Positions 39,932 through 49,254 of a stretch of DNA of 64,000 nt are shown here, one piece after another. The stretch lies in the IMG/VR virus record IMGVR_UViG_3300046171_000182, positions 1 to 64,000 of that record, one strand, 5' to 3'. The stretch comes from a virus. The position numbers were made by a program, and so were the translations under genes. The notes under the pieces are model-generated. The model worked only from the letters and a program-made list of their open reading frames with translations. It was not told the origin of the DNA and did not search any database. Position 1 is the stretch's first letter. Each line of letters starts with the position of its first letter.

Positions 39932-40134
39932 TGAAAGAATTTGTATTAGTAATTAGCATGTGGGGTAATAATGGCACCGCATGGGAATATATAGGTAATC
40001 AATATGTGATGAATGAAAAATTTACAGAAGCTCAATGCGAGATTCTAGTAGATAATTCTAATTGGAAAAAGCATATAATAAACGAATACTATAAATTACA
40101 ATTTAATTGTTTTCACGAGGACGACCATAACTAA
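39931..40134 (+). CDS. Hypothetical protein
   Basis: TAATG overlaps at both ends. Confidence 0.55.
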   Translation: MKEFVLVISMWGNNGTAWEYIGNQYVMNEKFTEAQCEILVDNSNWKKHIINEYYKLQFNCFHEDDHN

Positions 40135-41174
40135 TGTTAGTATTATATACGCAACCTAGATGTCACTATTGTGAGATCATGAAAAGGATGCTGAGTAAAA
40201 TGGACGAGGTCGAAGGCTTTCAAACCTTAGACATTACTAAAGATCCTGAAGCTAGAGCCTTTCTAAAAAAGAAAGGTCACAAAACCGTTCCTATGCTTTA
40301 TTTGAAAGTGCCTGATCACGAGATATGGATTAATAAAGATATTGATACTAGAAAGCTAACCGGTGAAAACTTAGGTAAAAGAATAACAGATGCTATAGCA
40401 CAGACAAAAAAGGATAACTGTCTAGTATTTGATGTTGATGGTACGTTAACACCAAGTAGAGAAAAGATTGATCCTGCACATGCAGAAATAATAATGGATC
40501 TTGCTAGTAAGGTCGACGTTTACCTTATAACAGGATCAGACTTTCCAAAAACAAAAGAACAATTAGGCGACATTACTAAAGTTGTAAAAGGTTCCTATCA
40601 ATGTGCAGGCAATGAATTATGGGTAAATGATAAGTTAGTTCAATCTGTTCCTGAATTTAATATGTCTAAAGTAATGGTACAATGGTGTAAGCAAAAACTA
40701 GAAGAAAGTAGATTTCCACACAGAACCGGCAAGAAGCATATTGACCTTCGTCCAGGTATGATGAACTTTTCTATTCTAGGTAGAGGCTGTACTAAGGCTC
40801 AAAGAAAACAATACATTGATTATGACACAAAAAATAATGAGAGAGAAGTTTTAGCAAGCGAGTTTAATTCAATATTCCATACATACTCTGCTCAAATAGC
40901 TGGAGAAACAGGTATCGACGTGTGCGAACGAGGAAGAGATAAAGGACAGGTGTACAAACCGCTAGAAACATTGTATAATAGTATTATCTTCTTTGGCGAT
41001 GATACGCAAGAAGGTGGGAACGATTATCCGTTTGCCAAGCAAATAGAAGGATTCCCGCATCGATGTTTTCATGTCAGCGGACCGGAAGAAACATTTGAAT
41101 CTCTAGAAGGCATTAAAAGATTATTCATTGACTCTTGGCCTGGTCAAGACGGTGGAATAGAAGGACAGCTATGA
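40134..41174 (+). CDS. Glutaredoxin-like domain fused to eukaryote-type phosphomannomutase (HAD IIB)
   Basis: CHYC and TVP; FDVDGTLTPSR, TGSD, RPGMMNFS, FFGD...GGNDYP. Confidence 0.8.
   Translation: MLVLYTQPRCHYCEIMKRMLSKMDEVEGFQTLDITKDPEARAFLKKKGHKTVPMLYLKVPDHEIWINKDIDTRKLTGENLGKRITDAIAQTKKDNCLVFDVDGTLTPSREKIDPAHAEIIMDLASKVDVYLITGSDFPKTKEQLGDITKVVKGSYQCAGNELWVNDKLVQSVPEFNMSKVMVQWCKQKLEESRFPHRTGKKHIDLRPGMMNFSILGRGCTKAQRKQYIDYDTKNNEREVLASEFNSIFHTYSAQIAGETGIDVCERGRDKGQVYKPLETLYNSIIFFGDDTQEGGNDYPFAKQIEGFPHRCFHVSGPEETFESLEGIKRLFIDSWPGQDGGIEGQL
40951..40979 (+). promoter_or_regulatory. Gene-internal promoter TGTACA-N17-TATAAT upstream of gp62
   Basis: Exact motif and spacing. Confidence 0.6.
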
Positions 41175-41557
41175 ATCCATTTGATTATTTAAATTCTATT
41201 AACACTACAAAAAAAGATGTTATAATAGACGACATAACAGAAAAAGCGTACAACAGTTTTATGGTTAATCGCTCACTTTCTTACTTTAATGATACCGTCG
41301 TACTAGCTAATGAGATGAACCGCTACCACAACCTTGATAATAAACTACAATTCGACTTTCTTATAAATATGGTTAGAAAGCGTAAACGCTTTTCTAAATG
41401 GATAAAGCCTCAAATTGAGAGTGACGTCGAAGTGGTAAAAGAATATTATGGCTATAGCAATGAGAAAGCTCGTCAAGTATTGCCGCTTCTGTCACCCGAA
41501 CAAATAAATGGGTTAAAGAAGAAGGTGAATAAAGGTGGAAGAACAAGCACTAGTTGA
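41171..41557 (+). CDS. gp62: Clamp loader small subunit gp62
   Basis: FDYLNSIN, FMVNRSLS, RKRKRFSKW, YYGYSNEKA. Confidence 0.92.
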   Translation: MNPFDYLNSINTTKKDVIIDDITEKAYNSFMVNRSLSYFNDTVVLANEMNRYHNLDNKLQFDFLINMVRKRKRFSKWIKPQIESDVEVVKEYYGYSNEKARQVLPLLSPEQINGLKKKVNKGGRTSTS

Positions 41558-41945
41558 GTGGTCTCCAACTTCAATGTTGGAAATAACTCTAAGCGAACCA
41601 GATGATTTTCTAAAGGTTCGTGAAACACTGACACGAATAGGTGTCGCATCCCGAAAAGATAAAAAATTATTTCAGTCTTGCCATATATTACATAAGCAAG
41701 GCAGATATTTTATCGTACATTTTAAAGAACTATTCTTACTTGACGGTAAGAAAGCTAATCTAGAAGAAAACGACGTAGCTCGTAGAAATACTATTACTAC
41801 TTTGATGTCAGACTGGGGTTTAGTTGAAATTCAAAATAATGAAGAAGCTAAACCGCTAGCACCATTACGACAGATAAAGATTATTCCGTTTAAAGAGAAA
41901 GATCAATGGGAGCTTTGTCCTAAATATAATATCGGAAATAAGTAG
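41535..41945 (+). CDS. regA: Translational repressor RegA
   Basis: DDFLKVRETLTRIG, QSCHILHKQGRYFIVHFKELF. Confidence 0.97.
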   Translation: MEEQALVEWSPTSMLEITLSEPDDFLKVRETLTRIGVASRKDKKLFQSCHILHKQGRYFIVHFKELFLLDGKKANLEENDVARRNTITTLMSDWGLVEIQNNEEAKPLAPLRQIKIIPFKEKDQWELCPKYNIGNK

Positions 41946-41948
41946 TAA

Positions 41949-42128
41949 ATGGCCGAAAACCTATATGTAACTCCTTGTGTTGGGATCTGTACTTTAGATC
42001 CTGACACTAGGATGTGCATTGCGTGCAAGCGTACTAGTGAAGAAATAACTTGCTGGATAAAATATACGCATGATGAACGCATGGCTATTATGAATAGACT
42101 AGGTTACGGAAAAAGACGTAAAAAATGA
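41949..42128 (+). CDS. DUF1289-family Cys-rich protein (59 aa), not in ORF track
   Basis: TPCVGICTLD....CIACKRTSEEI..W. Confidence 0.8.
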   Translation: MAENLYVTPCVGICTLDPDTRMCIACKRTSEEITCWIKYTHDERMAIMNRLGYGKRRKK

Positions 42129-42138
42129 ATAGCGGCTA

Positions 42139-42171
42139 TGTACATTTGACATAGCAACCACTATATAAATA
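42139..42171 (+). promoter_or_regulatory. Overlapping early-type (TGTACA-N17-TATATA) and late (TATAAATA, 42164-42171) promoters for hsp20
   Basis: Both motifs present directly before the structured leader. Confidence 0.65.
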
Positions 42172-42232
42172 CTACGGGTGCAGAATATTCTGGCCCATAC
42201 TAATCTTGCTTGATCAAAAGGAGATAACAATG
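42172..42232 (+). promoter_or_regulatory. ROSE-like RNA thermometer in the hsp20 5' UTR
   Basis: AUCUU(G)CUU pairs with AAGGAGAU (SD) leaving a bulged G; second hairpin upstream. Confidence 0.7.
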
Positions 42233-42703
42233 ACAGGCGTACACACACTTTTCCCACGTTCATCTTTCGTAGGGTTTGACCATTTATTCAATGAACTTGA
42301 ATGGACAGCAAAACACTCGAACGATCATTATCCACCCCATAACATTATTAGAGCCACAGAAACAGATTATCTGATTGAATTGGCTATTGCTGGGTTTACA
42401 AAAGATGAAATAACTGTAGAAGTTAAAGATAGAACTTTGACTGTTACAGGGGAACATGTTTCTAAAGGTAGAGAGTTTATCCATCGTGGCATTTCGACAA
42501 AGAAATTTAAGCGTACTTTTAGGCTGTCCGAACACGTAAACGTAAACGGAGCAGATATTCAGGATGGCATCTTGGCAATTGAATTGCAATATGTTATTCC
42601 AGAAGAAATGCGTCCTCGTAAAATTAATATTGGAAAATTTAACGAGGTCGAACATGACACAAGCAATACTAACGGCACACAGCTACTCAACGAGGGCAGT
42701 TGA
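42230..42703 (+). CDS. hsp20: Small heat-shock protein Hsp20 (IbpA-like)
   Basis: VGFD, YPPHNI, IELAIAGF, HRGIS, F.RTFRL, DGIL.I.L..IPEE.RPRKI. Confidence 0.95.
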   Translation: MTGVHTLFPRSSFVGFDHLFNELEWTAKHSNDHYPPHNIIRATETDYLIELAIAGFTKDEITVEVKDRTLTVTGEHVSKGREFIHRGISTKKFKRTFRLSEHVNVNGADIQDGILAIELQYVIPEEMRPRKINIGKFNEVEHDTSNTNGTQLLNEGS

Positions 42704-42908
42704 ACTAATCATGGACGCAATCAAAAGCGTCTACAACGCACGGATTGAGCGGAAAGCGATTCGGGAAACTGAAAAAGCTCTAAGCAGTCTATCTGATTAT
42801 GACTTAGCAGACATTGGCATTAGCCGCGGCGAGATCTATGAGATCGCTAGGTATAAATCGTCTATTGAACACGTCAAAGTAAATCAAAATTTGCAAGGAT
42901 GGGTTTAA
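42654..42908 (+). CDS. DUF1127 (YjiS-like) small protein
   Basis: LSSLSDYDLADIGISRGEI. Confidence 0.85.
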   Translation: MTQAILTAHSYSTRAVELIMDAIKSVYNARIERKAIRETEKALSSLSDYDLADIGISRGEIYEIARYKSSIEHVKVNQNLQGWV

Positions 42909-43081
42909 TGACAACAGCAGTAATGTCTACTATATTCTCGCCCTTATCGGGTTTGTGGTCCTCTATCGATCGTTTTACCCAAGTGGTGGGATATTCGAGA
43001 GCGGCAGCGGAACTCGCAAGGCTTGGGTATCAAGAGGAAGCGAAAGCGTGCATGATGCAGGTTACAAAATTGCGTAACTAA
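42908..43081 (+). CDS. Small hypothetical protein
   Basis: TAATG overlap; GYSRAAAELARLGY. Confidence 0.55.
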   Translation: MTTAVMSTIFSPLSGLWSSIDRFTQVVGYSRAAAELARLGYQEEAKACMMQVTKLRN

Positions 43082-43109
43082 AATATATAGAACAATAGCC
43101 AGAGGTGAT

Positions 43110-43517
43110 ATGATAAAAAACATTGTAAATAAAATTCCAGAATTTTGTATGAGTCATTGGCTTTTTCGTATTCCATTGGCTATTGTTTTTCTACAGCAAG
43201 GCTTTACTAAATTGCCAGTAACAATAGAAGGTGCAGAAAGTTTTGACTTGCCTTACATTGTGTGGTGGTTTGTAGCATACGGTGAGATCGGTGCTGGTAT
43301 CGGCTTGCTTGTAGGCGGAGCCATTATATGGCAGAAGCTAAAAGAAATTAATGATATTATAACTCGGTTCAGCGGTATTACAATTTGTAGTATTATGACA
43401 GGAGTTATATGGGTAGGTCAACCAGAAAGTTTCTGGGATGTTATCTTATATGATAACTTCCATGTGTTTCTTTGGGTTGGCGGTTTATATTTTGCACTGA
43501 GAGGTAATAGAACATGA
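43110..43517 (+). CDS. DoxX-family membrane protein
   Basis: RIPLAIVFLQQG..K, VAYGEIGAGIGLL, TRFSG; four hydrophobic segments. Confidence 0.75.
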   Translation: MIKNIVNKIPEFCMSHWLFRIPLAIVFLQQGFTKLPVTIEGAESFDLPYIVWWFVAYGEIGAGIGLLVGGAIIWQKLKEINDIITRFSGITICSIMTGVIWVGQPESFWDVILYDNFHVFLWVGGLYFALRGNRT

Positions 43518-43714
43518 GAGAGCAACTAATTAAGGCAGTTAGAATGCACGCAGAAGGTGAGCTAGAGCGGGCTAAAACTAATTTTGAGGTCTACTTAAAT
43601 CATCCTGTAGGCATTGGTGAACATAGCGATATTGTTGAAGCTATGCAGAAAGAGCTAAGTACTATGGGTCACGCATCCGAACGATTAGAAATGCTAGCTA
43701 AGCATTTTGAATAA
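43514..43714 (+). CDS. Conserved small phage protein
   Basis: NFEVYLNHPVGIGEHSDI. Confidence 0.65.
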   Translation: MREQLIKAVRMHAEGELERAKTNFEVYLNHPVGIGEHSDIVEAMQKELSTMGHASERLEMLAKHFE

Positions 43715-43869
43715 TGAGCGAGAACTATTGTACTACTAAAGGGCTAGGATGGGCCTTTCTAATTATTATTATTGGAATGGTAGGTATGCCTATTCTTGGG
43801 TCAGCGATTGCTTATCCAGACAACTGTAAGCAGTCCATTCTTATTCCATGCATAGGACTAGGTGAATAA
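43714..43869 (+). CDS. Small membrane protein (51 aa), not in ORF track
   Basis: MSENYCTTKGLGWAFLIIIIGMVGMPILG...; tiles exactly between neighbours. Confidence 0.6.
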   Translation: MSENYCTTKGLGWAFLIIIIGMVGMPILGSAIAYPDNCKQSILIPCIGLGE

Positions 43870-44061
43870 ATGCACTTTACTATTATTAATAATAGCACTG
43901 GTGAAACATTTGACATGGAATTTGATTCTCATGAACAGAAAGAAAAGTGGCTTGATCTATCCAAGGGGTTTAAATGCCTTGGTGAAGTACAAGGTGACTA
44001 TCTTCCAACTCGTCACGTGAGAATGAGAAACAAAGAGGACCACGCAGGATGGGGGAGTTAG
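43870..44061 (+). CDS. Hypothetical protein
   Basis: 63-aa ORF in a tightly packed operon. Confidence 0.5.
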   Translation: MHFTIINNSTGETFDMEFDSHEQKEKWLDLSKGFKCLGEVQGDYLPTRHVRMRNKEDHAGWGS

Positions 44062-44267
44062 ACCCAAGAGCAGAAGCTCAAGAAGAAGCTGAAGTAACAT
44101 TTGACGCTTTTATGTTATGGACAAAAAGAGTTACAATGTATGCTGCAATATTTCTTGGTATTGTTGTGTTTGGTTGTAATGCAGGAGTAGAAACTGGTAA
44201 AAATAAGACTGGCTCTCAATATAACGGAGAACAGTACGACCCATATAATTTAAATAAGGATAAGTAA
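44049..44267 (+). CDS. Small membrane protein resembling aa3-type cytochrome c oxidase subunit IV
   Basis: EAEVTFDAFMLWTKR followed by one TM helix matches the E.T(F/Y)..F..(W/F)TK pattern. Confidence 0.45.
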   Translation: MGELDPRAEAQEEAEVTFDAFMLWTKRVTMYAAIFLGIVVFGCNAGVETGKNKTGSQYNGEQYDPYNLNKDK

Positions 44268-44593
44268 TGAATGGAAGTATAAAAGCATTTCCTCCTATGG
44301 CTTTGTGGATAGTAGCCAAGGAAGGGTGGAAGAGTATAATGACTATAGAGCATTCGCCTCTTCGTAAACTACCACCTCAACTCGGATTAATGGTATTTTT
44401 GATTCTGTCAGTTATGTGGAGTGGCATCTTTGCTGCTCTTATAAGCAACCCATACATATTTGGTTGGACAGCTGGCGGACATGTACTAGTTGTTTCCGGA
44501 ATTTTTATAACAGCAATTGTTCATCAACAGGCTGATAAGTATCCCACGCACATGAAGTATAGTGGAAGAAGCGCTAATGGTGAACACGAATAA
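44267..44593 (+). CDS. Conserved membrane protein
   Basis: WKSIM..EHSPLRKLP...LSVMWS..F; 2-3 TM segments. Confidence 0.55.
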   Translation: MNGSIKAFPPMALWIVAKEGWKSIMTIEHSPLRKLPPQLGLMVFLILSVMWSGIFAALISNPYIFGWTAGGHVLVVSGIFITAIVHQQADKYPTHMKYSGRSANGEHE

Positions 44594-44602
44594 GGATAAG
44601 AT

Positions 44603-45034
44603 ATGAATAAAGCTCTAATATTTACTATGGTACTTACCTTTTTGAGTACTATGATTATATCAGCTGCTAACGCAGGAGATATTACTATTGAAATGTTGAA
44701 CAAACGTGATGATGGACAAAAGATGGTTTACTCGGCAGATATTGCTAGAGTAGAAGTAGGTACTACAATAACATGGATTCCGACGTCAAAAGGACATAAC
44801 GTAGAATTTATTGCTGGACCTGATGAATGGGATATGCCGAAGAAATCAAAGAACAATAAAGAAGTTTCTATTACCTTTGATGTTCCAGGCGTTTATGTAT
44901 ATCAATGTACGCCGCACGCAACAATGGGCATGATTGCTTTAGTTGTAGTTGGTGATGGTGATAATGACGTATCTAAAGCAAAGGTACGAGGAAAGTCTAA
45001 AAGAAAGCTAAAGGAACTTTTAAAGGAGCTGTAA
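44603..45034 (+). CDS. Pseudoazurin-like type-1 blue copper protein with signal peptide
   Basis: IEMLNK, KGHNVE, YQCTPHATMGMIALVVVGD (His/Cys/His/Met ligands). Confidence 0.88.
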   Translation: MNKALIFTMVLTFLSTMIISAANAGDITIEMLNKRDDGQKMVYSADIARVEVGTTITWIPTSKGHNVEFIAGPDEWDMPKKSKNNKEVSITFDVPGVYVYQCTPHATMGMIALVVVGDGDNDVSKAKVRGKSKRKLKELLKEL

Positions 45035-45082
45035 TGCTTGATCCTGATCACTCATATCGAAAAAAAGTTGGAAAATAAAAAT

Positions 45083-45103
45083 GGCGCTTCGGCGCCTTTT
45101 TTT
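45083..45103 (+). terminator. Rho-independent terminator with cUUCGg loop
   Basis: GGCGC-TTCG-GCGCC followed by T7. Confidence 0.88.
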
Positions 45104-45104
45104 G

Positions 45105-45133
45105 TTTACATTCCTCGCAAAATGTGATAGAAT
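45105..45133 (+). promoter_or_regulatory. Promoter TTTACA-N17-TAGAAT for gp43
   Basis: Motif with TG extension. Confidence 0.75.
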
Positions 45134-45157
45134 AAGTATATCGTTGGAGGTTTTTAT

Positions 45158-47668
45158 TTGTCATTCTATACATCAGTAAATCGCTATGGGAATCAGATCC
45201 TGTATTGCGGCTATAACGACAATGGCGTACGTGTCGAAAAGAAAATAAAGTTTGCGCCCACACTTTTTATTCCAAGTAAAAATAAAAATGCCGAGTGGCT
45301 TGCCCTCGATGGCACTCCAGTAGAACCCATGGGGTTTCCTACTATGAGAGATGCCAAGAATTTTATCGACCAATATAAAGACGTCGATCAGTTTAAAGTA
45401 TATGGTAATACAAACTACATTCAACAATGTATTACTGACATGTTTCCAAGTGAAATAAAGTTCCACACAAATCAAGTCAATATCGTTAATTTTGATATTG
45501 AGGTTATGTCTGATGACGGCTTTCCAAAACCAGAAGAAGCAATTCAGCCAATTATTTCTATTGCTCTAAAATCTAGTCAATCTTCAATCTATCACGTTTG
45601 GGGCTTAGGAGATTATGACTATGAAAAGTGTTCTATAGAAATGCATGGCGATCTTATTCAATATCGTAAGTTCGATACTGAAGAAGCTCTATTGGCCAGC
45701 TTCCATAAATATTGGTGTGATAACAGGCCGGACATTGTTACTGGTTGGAATAGTCGCTTCTTCGATATTCCTTATCTCATTAATCGTATTGCACGTATTG
45801 GATCCATGGAGGCCGTAAAAAGATTGTCGCCTTGGAATATGGTAAACGAACGTAATACAGAAATCACAGGCCGTACTCAGTATGGCTATGAAATTGTCGG
45901 CATACAGCAGGCCGACTATCTCGAACTATTTAAGAAATTTGGTTATTCATATGGCGCACAAGAATCATACAAGCTTGATCACATTGCTCACGTTGTTCTC
46001 GGTGAAAAGAAGTTATCTTACGAAGAACATGGCAATCTATATACCTTGTATAAAGAAGATCATCAAAAGTTTATAGACTATAACATCAAAGATGTTCAGC
46101 TCGTCAATCGAATCGAAGAAAAGATGGGCCTCATTGAGCTTGCTCAAACTATGGCGTATCGTGGCGGTGTTAATCTTTCTGATACCTTTGGCGTAACATC
46201 GATATGGGATTCTATTATCTATCGTGAGCTTAACAAGAAAAAGGTTGCGATACCGCCTAACAATGAAAAGATTAAAAACCCATATGCTGGCGGTTATGTG
46301 AAAGAACCTCAAGTCGGTCTACATGACTGGGTCGTATCCTTCGATCTTAATTCTCTGTATCCAAACCTAATTGTACAATACAATATGTCACCAGAGACGC
46401 TTATAGGTCAAACAGAGCGCTCCGGTGTTGATTATTATCTTGAGCTAGATGGCAAGGTTTCATCTCAGCATTCTGTAGCTGCTAATGGTTCGACATATCA
46501 TAAACAATTTCAAGGCATTTTGCCTAAGATTATTGAAGCATATTATGCTGAGCGTAGTCAGATCAAAAAAGAAATGCTTAGCGTTGAGCAAGAATATCAA
46601 AAGAATAAAACCGTTGAACTTGAACGTGAAATCAATCGATACAATAATCGTCAGATGTCTATTAAAATCTTGCTTAACTCTCTTTATGGCGCGCTAGGTA
46701 ATAAGTACTTTCGATATTTTGATATGCGTATGGCCGAAGGTATTACTTTGTCTGGCCAACTTTCTGTACTATGGGCTGAAAAAGCCGTTAATGAGGAGAT
46801 GAACAATGTACTCAAGACTGATAATGTTGACTATGTTATCGCTATTGATACTGATTCTTTGTATATTAACATGGGCGATCTCGTAGAACAATTTAAACCA
46901 AAAGATCCTGTTAAGTTTCTTGATCAGATTTGCTCAGATCATTTTGAAAAGGTGTTGAGTAAATCGTATGCAAAACTATTTGACAAGATGAATGCATATA
47001 AGCCCCGCATGGAGATGGGCAGAGAAGTTATTGCCGATCGTGGTATCTGGACTGCAAAGAAACGTTATATTCTAAATGTCCATAACTCAGAAGGCGTACA
47101 ATATGCTGAACCTAAACTTAAGATCATGGGCATTGAAGCTATTAAGTCTTCAACTCCAGAAGTAGTTCGTGATAAATTTAAGCAAGCGTTTAAGATTATT
47201 ATTAGTGGCTCTGAAGATAAAACACAAGAATTCATCACAAATTTCTATAATGAGTTTCGATCTCTTCCTCCTGAAAATATATCTTTTCCACGTGGTGCCC
47301 GGGAGGTAACTAAGTGGGCAACAAAAAAAGGTGAAAAAATCGCATATAAAAAGGGAACGCCTATTCACATCCGTGGCAGTTTGTTGTATAATGGTCTTAT
47401 TGATAAATATAATTTACATAAGAAATATGCCAAGATTCAGAATGGCGAGAAGATAAAGTTTTGTTATCTCAAGACTCCTAATCCGATTCATGAGAATGTC
47501 ATTGCTTTTCCAGATTATTTGCCAAAAGAATTTGGACTAGAGAAGTTTGTAGATTACGACTTACAGTTTTCTAAAACGTTTAGCGATCCGCTAAAACCTA
47601 TTCTAGATCCAACTGGTTGGTTTATTAATTATGATAACTCAAACACGTTGGAGGATTTCTTTGTATGA
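45158..47668 (+). CDS. gp43: Family B DNA polymerase gp43
   Basis: FDIE, GWNSRFFD, SFDLNSLYP, KILLNSLYGALGN, DTDS, KKRY; no intein or intron seen. Confidence 0.97.
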   Translation: MSFYTSVNRYGNQILYCGYNDNGVRVEKKIKFAPTLFIPSKNKNAEWLALDGTPVEPMGFPTMRDAKNFIDQYKDVDQFKVYGNTNYIQQCITDMFPSEIKFHTNQVNIVNFDIEVMSDDGFPKPEEAIQPIISIALKSSQSSIYHVWGLGDYDYEKCSIEMHGDLIQYRKFDTEEALLASFHKYWCDNRPDIVTGWNSRFFDIPYLINRIARIGSMEAVKRLSPWNMVNERNTEITGRTQYGYEIVGIQQADYLELFKKFGYSYGAQESYKLDHIAHVVLGEKKLSYEEHGNLYTLYKEDHQKFIDYNIKDVQLVNRIEEKMGLIELAQTMAYRGGVNLSDTFGVTSIWDSIIYRELNKKKVAIPPNNEKIKNPYAGGYVKEPQVGLHDWVVSFDLNSLYPNLIVQYNMSPETLIGQTERSGVDYYLELDGKVSSQHSVAANGSTYHKQFQGILPKIIEAYYAERSQIKKEMLSVEQEYQKNKTVELEREINRYNNRQMSIKILLNSLYGALGNKYFRYFDMRMAEGITLSGQLSVLWAEKAVNEEMNNVLKTDNVDYVIAIDTDSLYINMGDLVEQFKPKDPVKFLDQICSDHFEKVLSKSYAKLFDKMNAYKPRMEMGREVIADRGIWTAKKRYILNVHNSEGVQYAEPKLKIMGIEAIKSSTPEVVRDKFKQAFKIIISGSEDKTQEFITNFYNEFRSLPPENISFPRGAREVTKWATKKGEKIAYKKGTPIHIRGSLLYNGLIDKYNLHKKYAKIQNGEKIKFCYLKTPNPIHENVIAFPDYLPKEFGLEKFVDYDLQFSKTFSDPLKPILDPTGWFINYDNSNTLEDFFV

Positions 47669-47874
47669 CAAACTGGCTAAAAAGACTTTTGTATGACAAG
47701 TACGAAGTCACAATATGGTTTACAGAAGATGGCAAGAAAACTAAAAGTTTCTTTGAATTAACTGAACTAAATAAGATTGACCAAACATCTTTGCGCGGTA
47801 GAGATATGGATGGTCGTAAAATTAATATCAAGACTACCGAGAAATTTGATTATCAAGTGAGGAAAATATACTGA
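47665..47874 (+). CDS. Hypothetical protein
   Basis: ATGA/TGATG overlaps with both neighbours. Confidence 0.55.
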   Translation: MTNWLKRLLYDKYEVTIWFTEDGKKTKSFFELTELNKIDQTSLRGRDMDGRKINIKTTEKFDYQVRKIY

Positions 47875-48320
47875 TGAGTGATTGGGCTAATGACATTTAT
47901 ATGATGCATAATAAATTTGGCGTCAAAGAATGGTTCGAAAAAAATAAAGATGATAAAGATCTAATGCAGAAATATATTATGTTTCGTATGCTTATGATCG
48001 GTGAAGAATATCAAGAAACTTTATCTGCTATTAATAACTCTGATGCTGAAGAAGTGGTTGATGGTTTGATTGACATGTGCGTCTTTGCTATCGGTACTCT
48101 TGATGTTATGGGAGTAGATGCTAATAAAGCATGGGACAAAGTCTATGAAGCTAATATGGCTAAACAGCCTGGTGTAAAACCGGGTCGACCTAACCGATTT
48201 GGTCTACCAGATCTGCTAAAGCCTAGTAGATGGCAACCACCTGAGCATAAAGGTAACCACGGCGATTTGAATCTAGCTATAGGCACACCGCCGGTAATCG
48301 CTGTCGATGACGGCTGGTAA
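47874..48320 (+). CDS. MazG-like all-alpha NTP pyrophosphohydrolase
   Basis: EEYQE, EVVDGLID, V..ANMAK, DLLKP..W.PP. Confidence 0.8.
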   Translation: MSDWANDIYMMHNKFGVKEWFEKNKDDKDLMQKYIMFRMLMIGEEYQETLSAINNSDAEEVVDGLIDMCVFAIGTLDVMGVDANKAWDKVYEANMAKQPGVKPGRPNRFGLPDLLKPSRWQPPEHKGNHGDLNLAIGTPPVIAVDDGW

Positions 48321-48324
48321 TACC

Positions 48325-49254
48325 ATGGCGATTTCGCTAACGCTCTTTAAGAGCGTCTTTGATAATAAGACGCATCGTAGAATGGACTTCGAGAACTGGC
48401 AACAGCTCTCGGAGCTCTTCTATAAACTGTCTAAACAACCTTTGAAAGGAAAGAAAGATGCGCAACTTATATCACCAGCTGTATATGTTCCTGATACAAC
48501 TAGGGCCAACAAGAATGTGGATGCTTGGGCAGGTTGGGCTGCTATTGATGTTGACGATCACGCTTTTAAAGGCAAACTAGAAGATGAACTTAATGAGCGC
48601 TTTGGTAATTACACATATGTGTGTTATAGTACCGCTAGTAGCACTCATGAATTTCCAAAGTTTCGTGTGGTTTTCCCACTTAAAAGTTCGGTTGAGCAAG
48701 ATAAGATCAAGCACTTCTGGTATGCGCTCAACTCAGAGCTTGGTAATATGGCAGATAAACAGACTAAAGACTTATCTCGTATGTATTATATTCCTGCAAC
48801 TTACGATAACGCTTATAACTTCATCTTCTCTAATGATAATGGCGAATATGTTGATCCAGCCAAACTCATGGGAAAATATGAGTACGCACAAAAATCAAGC
48901 AAAAACTTTATCGACAGACTCCCTGAAGCTTTACAAAAACAAGTTCTTGAACACAAAAAATCAAAACTAGATAATACAAATATAGTATGGACAAGCTATC
49001 GCGATTGTCCTTTCTGGCCAAAGAAATTGGCTAGCGAATACCAGATTATATCTAATACGGGTTGGTATCATAAAATGTACCAGATAATGGTTGCGGTTGC
49101 GGCAAGAGCTGTTGAACGGCAGTATCCAATCACATCACATGAGATAACTAATCTATGTCGAGAGTTTGATATGGGAACCGGTAACTGGTATGAGAATCGT
49201 CCTATGGACGTAGAAGCAGATAGGGCACTAGAATATGTTTACAAAAATATCTAA
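48325..49254 (+). CDS. PrimPol/AEP-like primase candidate
   Basis: WAAIDVDD, YSTASS, KFRVVFPL, D.QTKDLSRMYYIP; helical C-terminal domain. Confidence 0.65.
   Translation: MAISLTLFKSVFDNKTHRRMDFENWQQLSELFYKLSKQPLKGKKDAQLISPAVYVPDTTRANKNVDAWAGWAAIDVDDHAFKGKLEDELNERFGNYTYVCYSTASSTHEFPKFRVVFPLKSSVEQDKIKHFWYALNSELGNMADKQTKDLSRMYYIPATYDNAYNFIFSNDNGEYVDPAKLMGKYEYAQKSSKNFIDRLPEALQKQVLEHKKSKLDNTNIVWTSYRDCPFWPKKLASEYQIISNTGWYHKMYQIMVAVAARAVERQYPITSHEITNLCREFDMGTGNWYENRPMDVEADRALEYVYKNI

Noticed and set aside
41362-41369. TATAAATA inside gp62 as a late promoter for regA
   Set aside because: Plausible, but an 8-mer inside AT-rich coding sequence is not sufficient evidence alone
45034-45078. 14-codon ORF MLDPDHSYRKKVGK before the terminator
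   Set aside because: Too short to support, although the TAATG overlap is compatible with a gene remnant
47660-47699. 12-bp repeat TTTGTATGACAA at the gp43 end and 28 nt downstream
   Set aside because: Does not bracket a gene and may be chance in AT-rich DNA; not counted among the cassette repeats
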